Assembly: GCA_964636285.1 (NCBI GenBank) | Contig: CAZWQF010000004.1 | Location: 67,666-131,665, forward strand | Direction of reading: 5' to 3' | From: an uncultured Candidatus Saccharibacteria bacterium | GTDB lineage: Bacteria > Patescibacteriota > WWE3 > UBA101185 > 2-01-FULL-41-18 | DNA: 64,000 nt | Shown: piece by piece, positions 39,430 through 48,700 of the stretch | How the letters are laid out: each line of letters starts with the position of its first letter | Numbering within the stretch: the stretch's first letter is position 1 | Notes under the pieces: model-generated | Told to the model about the DNA's origin: nothing | The model's input: only the letters and a program-made list of their open reading frames with translations | The model's database searches: none | Position numbers and translations under genes: made by a program

Positions 39430-40500
39430 CTATTGAACTTTTGAGTTGTTGATTTGTTTTTTGATGTAAGCTCCAAGAACAAACTTAAAGAGTACAAAAC
39501 CAATTATCAAAACTCCTAATATGATGGCGATCAATGTGTAAGGAATTACCCAGAATGTGGTTACTCCTTCTATCAGGACATCTTTATTACCGCCGTCAAA
39601 TACAAGCTTCATTTCTGCGCTGTATTTTCCAAATCTGAACGAGGTCAGCTTGTTTAGGTTAAAAGTAAGCTTTGTAACTGGATTTCCATTTTTATCAAGC
39701 CTTACTTCCCCGTTCTCTGTTACAGGCTCTCTGACAAAGAACCCATCTTTCCAACCTGTTTCAAAGCTTCTCTGTGAGTCAGGAAGAATTCTTCCATTCT
39801 CAGAATTTACTTCAATAATTCCAATGTCTTTTCCACCTGATTCTTTTTTGATGAATATATTTCCTCTTGGTCTGATATGTACATTTCCAGTATTTCTTAG
39901 GGTAGCAACAAACTCTACAGGAAGATACTCATTAATATTGTTTTTTGGTTTAAAATCTAAAAGCTGAGCAGAGGAAACTGCCCCGTCCTTCACTACTGCA
40001 ACAAGAAGCGGAACGCCCACTTCACCTGAAAGTGCTGTCTGACCATCCTGAACATCTGGAGACTGAGTCTTTTTAAAAGTAACCATGTAGTAATAACCAA
40101 ACGCAGCGTCAGAAGGGACATCAAGCGTAAAATTAATATTTCCCCACTCCCCAGGCTTAATGACAATCTCCGGATTTTCAAACTTCACCCAACTAATGTA
40201 TTCATCCAGAGCAGAGGGCTCTAAGACATCAATTTTCTCATCTTTTGAAACAAGCTTTTTTACTGTTGCAGTAAGGGAAAGATCTCCTCTTGTGTTATTT
40301 CTAATTTTTATTTTATCCGAAATAGATACACCAGGTTCAACCCTTAGATCCAAGAATACTGGCGAAATTGTAACATCAACACCCTGCTGAGCTTCCTGAG
40401 CTTGTGTGAAACTTAAGAATCCAAGAAAGAAAACTGTTGAAAGGAGTGCCCCGGTTAATACTTTTTTGACGTTCGCGTTCTTAGTTGTAAGATGCATCAT
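39430..40500 (-). CDS. Exported Ig-like protein with a C-terminal TM anchor (DUF916-like), paralogue of the adjacent gene
   Basis: Signal peptide ending TQA, ISWVKF, GYYYMV, LRNTGNVHIRPRG and a C-terminal TM helix. Confidence 0.7.
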   Translation of the reverse strand: MMHLTTKNANVKKVLTGALLSTVFFLGFLSFTQAQEAQQGVDVTISPVFLDLRVEPGVSISDKIKIRNNTRGDLSLTATVKKLVSKDEKIDVLEPSALDEYISWVKFENPEIVIKPGEWGNINFTLDVPSDAAFGYYYMVTFKKTQSPDVQDGQTALSGEVGVPLLVAVVKDGAVSSAQLLDFKPKNNINEYLPVEFVATLRNTGNVHIRPRGNIFIKKESGGKDIGIIEVNSENGRILPDSQRSFETGWKDGFFVREPVTENGEVRLDKNGNPVTKLTFNLNKLTSFRFGKYSAEMKLVFDGGNKDVLIEGVTTFWVIPYTLIAIILGVLIIGFVLFKFVLGAYIKKQINNSKVQ

Positions 40501-40544
40501 AAATCATAATTGCGGGGCAGAGCGCTTTAAACCTAATCTAATAA

Positions 40545-41618
40545 TTAAAACCTACCCGCTGCTACTACAGTGAGTACGTCTGTGTAATCTGTGGCTGCTG
40601 CTGTAACGGCTGAGATTGTGGCTCTTGCAGTAAGCGTGAGCACATCACCATCAGTGGTTCCATTTGACCTTGCAATTGGCTGAAAGTTTGTTGAAAGTGT
40701 ACCACCACCTGATGCAGTTCCTACATACTCTGCACCATAACCTGCTGGCTGTGATACAGTACCGTCTCCTGTAGCACTGTCTGTTGTTATATCAACATCA
40801 AGGACGTAGCCATTAGTGCCTGTAGACAAAACTGAAGGTGTGTCATCAACTGAGCCTGTTGTTCCAATTGTTTCACCTGTAATGGTGGAGGAAAGACCAA
40901 CGTTTGCACTTCTAACCCAAGCTATCCAACCATTTTGAGCATTTGTTGCCATTGTTGCTGTTCTGCCGTTTGTAGAGACCACGGCGGATGATGAGAGGTT
41001 GGATGTGAACGTATCGGTACTATTACTCAATGAGAAAGAGAACGTAGATGGTACTGTAGCTGTTATAGTAATCTGATCACTTGACACCGTGGCTGTTGCC
41101 CAAGTTGACTGATCAATTGTTGCCGCTGCACCTGTCCTTGTAGTAATGGTGCCTGTTCTATCTGAACCTGTTGTCCCTGGGTTTGTAAGTGTAGAAGTTC
41201 CAGTAAAATTAAAACAATAGGTTGTACCTACGGAAAGTTCACCACTTGGGAAGGTAACTACATTTCCTGTAACATCTGTAGCAGTTCCAATACCTACCCA
41301 GGCAGAAGTACCTGAAGGTAAGTCTGTAGTAGTAACTGTCCAGTTAGTATCAGTAGGGTTGACTGTAAAAGACGCCGGAAACTCAACTTGAACATCGGCT
41401 TCAGTATTTGCTGTATTAGGCCTTGCACAAACTGTCCCACCTGTGGCCTGTGAGGTATTCATCCTGTCTAGTCTTACATATGCTTCTTGAAAGATTGCGT
41501 GTGAATCATTTGAAAGCCATCCAAAATAATATGATGTAGAAAGCATTAAACCGGCAATAATTGGGGCGACCTTTAGGGAATTTTTTAAAATTTGTTTTTT
41601 GGTGCAGGTATTTCTCAT
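40545..41618 (-). CDS. Secreted T/S/G-rich beta protein, putative WxL/fimbrial-like subunit
   Basis: Signal peptide; C-terminus DYTDVLTVVAAGRF. Confidence 0.55.
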   Translation of the reverse strand: MRNTCTKKQILKNSLKVAPIIAGLMLSTSYYFGWLSNDSHAIFQEAYVRLDRMNTSQATGGTVCARPNTANTEADVQVEFPASFTVNPTDTNWTVTTTDLPSGTSAWVGIGTATDVTGNVVTFPSGELSVGTTYCFNFTGTSTLTNPGTTGSDRTGTITTRTGAAATIDQSTWATATVSSDQITITATVPSTFSFSLSNSTDTFTSNLSSSAVVSTNGRTATMATNAQNGWIAWVRSANVGLSSTITGETIGTTGSVDDTPSVLSTGTNGYVLDVDITTDSATGDGTVSQPAGYGAEYVGTASGGGTLSTNFQPIARSNGTTDGDVLTLTARATISAVTAAATDYTDVLTVVAAGRF

Positions 41619-41735
41619 AGTTAAGAACTATCGTAAGCAGTTACAAACTTGTTGTCAACAACTTTGTAATAAATTTTGGAACATAGACAAATATCTATAC
41701 TCAAAAACCTTTAAACACCGCTGTAAAAGCAAATA

Positions 41736-42932
41736 CTAAAAAGCTGACGATGCAACCACCGTGATAACATCTGAATAGTCTGTAGATGCCGGAGTAACAG
41801 CTGTGACTTTTGCTTTTAGCTCAAAACTTGCTCTTCCTGATGTTACAGGCTGGGCGTTTGAGTCAAACATCAATCTTTTTTCCGTGTCTATTGGACCCAC
41901 AATATCCCCTCCCCCGTTGTAGGGTGCCGCTATCTGCATAGGACCTCCAGAGGCTTCATCTACAGAAACGCCTTTTGCACCATAACCTTCAGACAGACTT
42001 GTGAGATTTCCTGTAACAGTTCCAATCGTGTGAGTTGTTGCTTCACTTAATAGTCCAGTGTTTGTTCCATAAACGTACACAGCCCCTCCAGCCATTCCGT
42101 TAGTTGATACATCAACCCAAACCTTATCTGGAGATGTAACAACTGAATCCGCTGTAAGATTTCCTATGTTTAGCTCAAAAGGAGGTTCGTTATCTGTATC
42201 CGTGGGCGCTACATCTATATCAAAGGTAAGCTTTGTAATTGAAGTAACGGCAGAAGCAGTGGGTCCAAATCCCGATTCGGTATCGGCGCCTCTTTTTGCA
42301 GCAACTTTAACTGAATAAGTTGTGCCAGGAAGAAGGTCTATTATGTAAAAACCAGACGCGCCTCCCCAAGTGGTGTAATCCTGCCAATCTTCGACTCCCA
42401 ATGTTGTGTTAACAGTGTTATCACTCTGCACATATCTTGTATCCGAAACAAAGTTATCAGCGGATATTGCTATGGCATATAAAGCATCTGATGGGTTTGC
42501 ACCAGTATTTATAATCAACTGAAGCCTGTTGTAGTTATCATCGGTATTTGTAAGCGAAGGGGCTGGCGGGACATTTGCCATCATTGTGTATAAAAGACCT
42601 CCTCCAATCTTGTAAGCTCCTGATGCGGACTGGCCTGCTTGAAGTTCGCCTGTGACGCCAAGAATTGAGTAGTTTGATGAAGAAACCGAATCCCCTCCCC
42701 CACCAAAGCTGTAATCTTTTAATTCATATGTTGAACTTGAAGGCCCTGCAAATACTGTGTGCAAAAAGCTAGATACGGGCATTCCTGAAAAATAAAATAA
42801 AGTGGAGGTCAGTAAATAAAAAACAACAACCTTTTTTGCCTTTCTTTTAATGGAAGTTTTGGATTTAATAACAGGATTTTTGACTTTAGAGTCAAGTTTG
42901 CTACTTCTGACTTGGTGATTGAGCAGGAACAT
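41736..42932 (-). CDS. Secreted protein with an FN3-like domain and a WxL/fimbrial-like C-terminal domain
   Basis: FN3-like LLPGTTYSVKVAA; C-terminus DYSDVITVVASSAF. Confidence 0.55.
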   Translation of the reverse strand: MFLLNHQVRSSKLDSKVKNPVIKSKTSIKRKAKKVVVFYLLTSTLFYFSGMPVSSFLHTVFAGPSSSTYELKDYSFGGGGDSVSSSNYSILGVTGELQAGQSASGAYKIGGGLLYTMMANVPPAPSLTNTDDNYNRLQLIINTGANPSDALYAIAISADNFVSDTRYVQSDNTVNTTLGVEDWQDYTTWGGASGFYIIDLLPGTTYSVKVAAKRGADTESGFGPTASAVTSITKLTFDIDVAPTDTDNEPPFELNIGNLTADSVVTSPDKVWVDVSTNGMAGGAVYVYGTNTGLLSEATTHTIGTVTGNLTSLSEGYGAKGVSVDEASGGPMQIAAPYNGGGDIVGPIDTEKRLMFDSNAQPVTSGRASFELKAKVTAVTPASTDYSDVITVVASSAF

Positions 42933-43139
42933 AAGCCTATATTCTACTACATCTGTAAAGTAGAATTTTTACTACCAATACATAATAGCACATTGAGTTT
43001 TTTAACTCAGAACCCATAAAGATTAAAAGATTTATTGAGTACATTTAACTTATCAAAATTAAAGAAAGTGCGGGCTTTGCCCGCACTTCTTGGTTAACTC
43101 TTTAATAATCTTCATTATTTAATCACGATATTTTGATCA

Positions 43140-43156
43140 ATGCAACTTAGTTGCAC
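43140..43156. promoter_or_regulatory. Palindromic Fur-family (Zur-like) operator overlapping a -35 element
   Basis: ATGCAAC-TTA-GTTGCAC overlaps TTGCAC-17 nt-TATCTT. A Fur-family gene lies about 1 kb away. Confidence 0.6.
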
Positions 43157-43214
43157 AGATTTATTATTTATGTTATCTTAGCAACACCGGAGACCCAACG
43201 AAAGGAGAAAAACC

Positions 43215-43292
43215 ATGACGCGCATCAATGTGTCGCAGTGCAAGAACTGCGGCGACTCCAGCTGCTCGGGCTGCGGTGGCGGCGATAACTAA
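43215..43292 (+). CDS. 25-aa Cys-rich micropeptide MTRINVSQCKNCGDSSCSGCGGGDN
   Basis: Strong SD (AAAGGAG), own promoter, GC-rich codons, CxxC-x4-CxxC, and a downstream hairpin with a T run. Confidence 0.65.
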   Translation: MTRINVSQCKNCGDSSCSGCGGGDN

Positions 43293-43310
43293 GCCCCACA
43301 AGCGCTGAGC

Positions 43311-43381
43311 ACTGCCTCACCCAACGCTATCTAAAGGATCACGGGATCAACAGGAATAGCATTGGGTGGGGCAAACTTTTT
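43311..43381 (+). terminator. Long hairpin and T tract after the micropeptide gene
   Basis: TGCCTCACCCAACGCTAT...ATAGCATTGGGTGGGGCA followed by AACTTTTT. Confidence 0.5.
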
Positions 43382-43399
43382 AAAACTAAAATAACTAGT

Positions 43400-44185
43400 A
43401 TGACTTCAAGCACGTTAAATCAAAAAAATATGATTCAGGAGTATGCAAACTATGTAGGTGCTGATGACCTATCGCCAAAAACAGTACAAAAAGGTGTGAA
43501 GATATATAACAAACTTTTAAAAGATCAAAGTCTAGTCAATGCTGGGATAAGCCTAAAAGCAGACTCCAAAATGCAGAACGCAATTCTATCAATTCTTACT
43601 GGAATGTCTGCTGAAACAGGAGCGAACAACGGATCATTTAATAACCTGACTCTTGAGCAAGTAAAACTTTTAAGCCGAGTAATTGAAAAGGAAACTGGGG
43701 GAAATTGTTACATCAACAGAGCTCAAGAAAAACCATACCTGGTCACTTATGCTATTAACACTGCAAGGTTTATAAAAACAATTAAAAGGTATCCAAACTA
43801 TTTTAAATTCTTAAACCAGTTTGCAGATAAGAAGCGGTACAGCCTAAGTCAATTCAGGACCTTTATTGATAGTTCGTCCTCAAAATGGTACGTGCATTTC
43901 AGAGAAAGAAACCAAAATAAGGAATCCTTAATTAGGTATGGCCTTCTGAGCGGCTACCCCCTCCAAGCTACAATTAGCTTTTTTGACATGGAATCCCTGC
44001 CTCACCACGTAGTTCAACTACCATTTGGGGGCTACATTGGATTTAATAAAGAAATTGACAATATTTTTGCAGAGAAGAGGTTTATCATGGTCAAGGATGC
44101 TTACAATTCATTTAGTGACACTTGGAACAAAGACCAAAAAACTCAATTGCATGATCTTCAGCCTCAAAACCGGAATTTACTTTAA
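43400..44185 (+). CDS. Hypothetical protein
   Basis: 261-aa ORF containing YGLLSGYP; no family recognised. Confidence 0.55.
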   Translation: MTSSTLNQKNMIQEYANYVGADDLSPKTVQKGVKIYNKLLKDQSLVNAGISLKADSKMQNAILSILTGMSAETGANNGSFNNLTLEQVKLLSRVIEKETGGNCYINRAQEKPYLVTYAINTARFIKTIKRYPNYFKFLNQFADKKRYSLSQFRTFIDSSSSKWYVHFRERNQNKESLIRYGLLSGYPLQATISFFDMESLPHHVVQLPFGGYIGFNKEIDNIFAEKRFIMVKDAYNSFSDTWNKDQKTQLHDLQPQNRNLL

Positions 44186-44576
44186 ACCCCTCTTCAAGGC
44201 CTTTGATACATTTTTCTAACTCCTCAGAATGAAAATCTAAAACACATCCGCAGCTTTTACACACCAAATGATGGTGATGCTCAAGAGAGGCAAGTTCGTA
44301 CATCTTTTTTTCGCCTGATAAAACCACCTCTTTTAGCACCCCTCTGGTCAAAAGCTTATCAATCTCTCTATAAACACTAGTCTTATTAATCTTTTTCCCG
44401 CTTTTGCTTAGTGCTTGCAGAATCTCAGAAGCCGAAACTGGTTTTCCTGAGGCTACAAATTTATATAGCACGTAACACCTTAATGATGAGTGATTTAGAC
44501 TACTTTCATTTAAGATACGCTGGATCTTTTTTTCAATTTGAGCTTTACTCGATTTTTGACTGACTTCATTTTTCAT
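44112..44576 (-). CDS. Fur-family metalloregulator (Zur-like)
   Basis: TSVYR helix, HHHHLVCKSCG and a C-terminal CSKC. Confidence 0.93.
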   Translation of the reverse strand: MKNEVSQKSSKAQIEKKIQRILNESSLNHSSLRCYVLYKFVASGKPVSASEILQALSKSGKKINKTSVYREIDKLLTRGVLKEVVLSGEKKMYELASLEHHHHLVCKSCGCVLDFHSEELEKCIKGLEEGFKVNSGFEAEDHAIEFFGLCSKCH

Positions 44577-44612
44577 AGCAGCTCAGACTAAAACACAAAA
44601 GAGTACGAACAA

Positions 44613-45602
44613 CTACAACTTAATGTAGTACACTGACCGCCCTTTCCCATGAGGGGCAATAAGGCCCATATCTGCAAGTCTGGCAAGGTCTCTTGATGCA
44701 GTTATCTGTGAAACATTAAATTTTGACTGAACCATTCTATTTGTAACCGAAAGCCCAGGATCCTCAAAAAGCTTAAGAACTTTCTTTTGCCTCTCGTTTA
44801 AATCCCAAAACTCACCACCAGCACTTGAAATAGTCTCATCTTTGGCAATGTTTCTTAATGCCTTCTCTAGGCTCAAAGTCATGGAGTGTATAAAAAATTC
44901 AAGCCATTCGTTTAAGTTTCCACTTTTGAGCGCACTTTGTATCCCACCGGGCAAAATTGACGGGTTTGAAAGGAATTCTTCAATAACAAGAAGTCTTCTG
45001 ACATCGTAACCCTCTTTGTACAAGAAAATGTACGTTAGCAATAGGTTTATTCTGTTGCTAAGTTGACCGAATGGAGCCATGTTACCAAGGTAAATGTAAG
45101 ATACAGCAGATTTAACAACTGGATGGTCGTTGCCTGATTGAAGATACTTCAAAAGCCTCTCCAAGGACTTCTCAAAAATATCGTATTTAACAAAATCTTT
45201 CTTCTGATCTTTTGGAAGTAAGCTATTAAGCCTCTCAAACATCTGAAGGACGGTGGCTACAGTTACCTCGTTTTTGGATGCTTTCCAATCTAAAAAGATG
45301 TCAAAAAGCTCATCTTTGTAGGATTGAAGCAGGAAGACCTGAAGATTTAGTGCCTGATTTGAGCCGTTTTTTGAGTCCGCGCTCATCAAAATCTTTGCCA
45401 GCTTCTCTTTTGACTGGATGACCTGGTTCCCAGCTAAAACAGTGTCCATAGAAAAATACATCCTATCAAGCATAGCCTCCCAAGCTAATGAAGCTTCCAC
45501 TCTTGGGTTGATGTTTTTAGTCAAAATCTGGTTTTTTAGGCTGTCCAGCTCCTTAAGCTGTTCTTTAATCGAAGAATTGATGTTATAGGATAACGTTAAC
45601 AC
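44613..45602 (-). CDS. Fic-like protein with a degenerate active site and a C-terminal DeoR-type HTH
   Basis: HPVVKSA...MAPFGQLSNR replaces HPFxDGNGR. C-terminal VSQITASRDLARL...GKGRSVYY. Confidence 0.8.
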   Translation of the reverse strand: MLTLSYNINSSIKEQLKELDSLKNQILTKNINPRVEASLAWEAMLDRMYFSMDTVLAGNQVIQSKEKLAKILMSADSKNGSNQALNLQVFLLQSYKDELFDIFLDWKASKNEVTVATVLQMFERLNSLLPKDQKKDFVKYDIFEKSLERLLKYLQSGNDHPVVKSAVSYIYLGNMAPFGQLSNRINLLLTYIFLYKEGYDVRRLLVIEEFLSNPSILPGGIQSALKSGNLNEWLEFFIHSMTLSLEKALRNIAKDETISSAGGEFWDLNERQKKVLKLFEDPGLSVTNRMVQSKFNVSQITASRDLARLADMGLIAPHGKGRSVYYIKL

Positions 45603-45765
45603 CTCTTAATCTTATCCTAATCATGTCAAAGTGTCAAATAATTTGTTTTCTTGTATTTTAGGCTTAAAAATAACACTTATATAAGATTAAGATAAGATAA
45701 TGTTCAAGCCACTTAACCCTTGACAAGCTAAAGATAAGAATATTTAATAATAAGTAAGGTTGTAG

Positions 45766-48700
45766 ATGAGCCGAACTAAGCCTATTTATAGGCTACCACT
45801 GCCCAGTTTAATTACGAACACTCGTGCCCTTGCAGAAAAACACATAAAAGGGTTGGGGTCTTTTTATACAATTTTAGCCTCTGTAAGTTTATTTTTCCTT
45901 ATAGCTACAACCTTTATAGCTTTTAACACCTCCTTACTCCGTAGTGCTAACGCTGCTACTGGTATAAATAGGCAAATTTCCTTTCAAGGTAAGGTTGTAA
46001 ACATTAACGGCACAAATGTAACTAACGGAAACTATAATTTTGTCTTCCGAATATACACTGTAGATACTGGAGGGTCCCCAATCTGGACAGAAACCAGAAC
46101 AGGAGGAAATCAGCTAACAGTGACTGATGGTATTTTTAGAGCTAGCCTTGGCTCAGTAACATCTCTCCCAGGCTCAATAGACTTTAACACCGACAATATT
46201 TACCTAAGCGTTGAGTTCAACACAACCGATGGCACAAACGAAATGAGTCCTAGAATTCGTTTTTCTGCTGTCCCGTACGCTATCAACGCTGAAAAAGTCT
46301 CAGGACTGACCGTAACAAACACAACAGGTACTTTAACGATTCCAAACTCAAAGACCCTTTCGATTGCAGACGATTTTTCAACGTCTGGTGCATTTGGACT
46401 AACTTTAACCACCACTGCATCTACCAATGTAACCCTACCCACTACAGGGACGCTTTCAACGCTTGCAGGCACTGAGATTCTTACAAATAAATCCATAGGG
46501 TCAACAGGACTAGTATTCTCTGGAGCTACTACGGATATAACTACAGCAACTGATGAGGACTTCACTGTGACCGTCAACGGAACTGGAGATTACATAATAA
46601 ACACGGATGCAGACACCCAGTTTAGACTTGCTGGGCTTGCTAACTGCGACAGCATTGACACTGACGCAAGTGGAAATCTTGCTTGCGGAACTGATGCAGG
46701 AGCCTCATCTTCCCCATTTAATACTGCAGTCGGCGTTATTGATAAGGCAACACTTGGAGATAGATTAAGGCTTAGATACGGAGATGTGGCGGACACACAG
46801 CTTGAGATCGAAAACACATTCCTTGGGTCTGCTCCAACAGCAGATGCAATGGTGATTGACCTTACAGGAGGCGCATCGGGTATTGTAACAAACGGGGTTG
46901 ATGCTCTTTCTATTTCAGCCGAATTTGGAAACGGAACTTCAAGCACAAATTCAGGTTTAAATATAATAATCACGCCTGTTGGATCCCCAACCGGCGACGA
47001 AACATTTTACGGATTGAACATTGCAACTTTAACCGGTACAAGCGCAACAGAAACAGCGGTAAACATTGGTGCGGGCTGGGACACTGGAATTAATTTAAAC
47101 GCTAATACACTTGTAAATATTGGTGATTCAGGTACAGACTTTACCCCAACTGGCGGGCTAACACTGGCCGGAGCTCTTCAGATTAACAACACCATAAATG
47201 CAACCGGAACCGCAACATTTGACGGGACTTTAGACGCCAACGGAATTTTTACTTTAGGCGATGGGGCCGAAATCGGCACAATTGACACTTCCGACTGGGA
47301 TATATCACTTACAGGAGACTTAACAGGTATCAGCTTTGACGCTAACGGAACAGGAAACTCAATCACAAACATTGAGTCAGCGGACATTCTTGATGGTACT
47401 ATTGCTCCTACAGACCTTAATCTAACAACTTCCGACTCCCCTAACGATGAGGACTGTCTAACTTTTGAAAATTCGACTACAGACTTTGAATGGCAAACAT
47501 GCCAGGTTTCCTGGAATAATTTAACAGCCCCTTCCGACAATCTTTCATTATCAATGGCTTCAAATACAACAACTTTTACATGGGGTAATGCAACAGGAGC
47601 CAGCGATATGTTCACTCTAACAGACACTACAAATAATACCGGAACTGGAGCAGTATTTAGTGTTAGCACTGCATCAGGCTCAACTGCTACACCTTTTGAG
47701 GTTTCAGCTCAAGGAAACCCTGCAATAACCGTGAGCAGTAGAGCAAATGTGGGAATTAAAAACATAAATCCACAAGAAGCTCTTGAGGTTGGAAATGACA
47801 CAACTAGAGCTAATATGAAAATATATGGGGACATACTTAAAGATGGATATATTGATTCTACAGGTTTAGCAAATGTTACTGATGTTTTTATTTACGACAC
47901 AACAAGAGACAGCGATGGAGGAGCATGGACTAATGGAACAATAGCTCAAGGACTTTCCTGGTATACCGAGACAAAAGATAATACAAGTACAGCATGCAGT
48001 ATCACAACTGATGATAGATGCGGTAGAAGCGAATTCCCAAAAAAAGCCTTAATTATTTCAACACCAAGCGCCGCATACATCTTTGATGCAAGAGATAATA
48101 CAATGTGGATGAAATTCAACCAGAATTCTGCTGGCTACGCTATTGGGGTGGATACAAACAACAACCCGACCGGAGTATTTGCGCTAAATGGGACCGTTTA
48201 CATTGGAATGAATGGTAGCGCTGCTAGCGGTCTGTACGCTATTAATTTTACAAATGACACTCTACTTAATTACGACTCAGTTGATAGAACCCAGGGAGAT
48301 AAAAACATTGCAAACAGGAATTCTGCAGTGAGCTACGCCACTAATGCTAATACAGCTTTTTCAATCACAGACAACATTGTAAATGATGTACATGGTGCGG
48401 TAATTTTTGGATCCACCACTGCGGGTAGCCCTCTGAATGGAGGTACCTTTATTGCGGCCGCAACAGACTCGGGCACCGCTGTAATAAACTTAACTGCTGG
48501 AAGAGTAATACGGTATGCAGGTACAACAATCACAAATGATATAAATCAGGTTTGGTTAACACGAAGAGGAAGGCTTTACCAGACAAATGAAGCGTTGTTA
48601 CAGGTTGAAAGATTTAATGATATAGAAGCTGATACAGCAAACCAAACTTCAGCAGACGATATTTATGACGAACAGTCAGCAAATGTACCTCACTTGGCAA

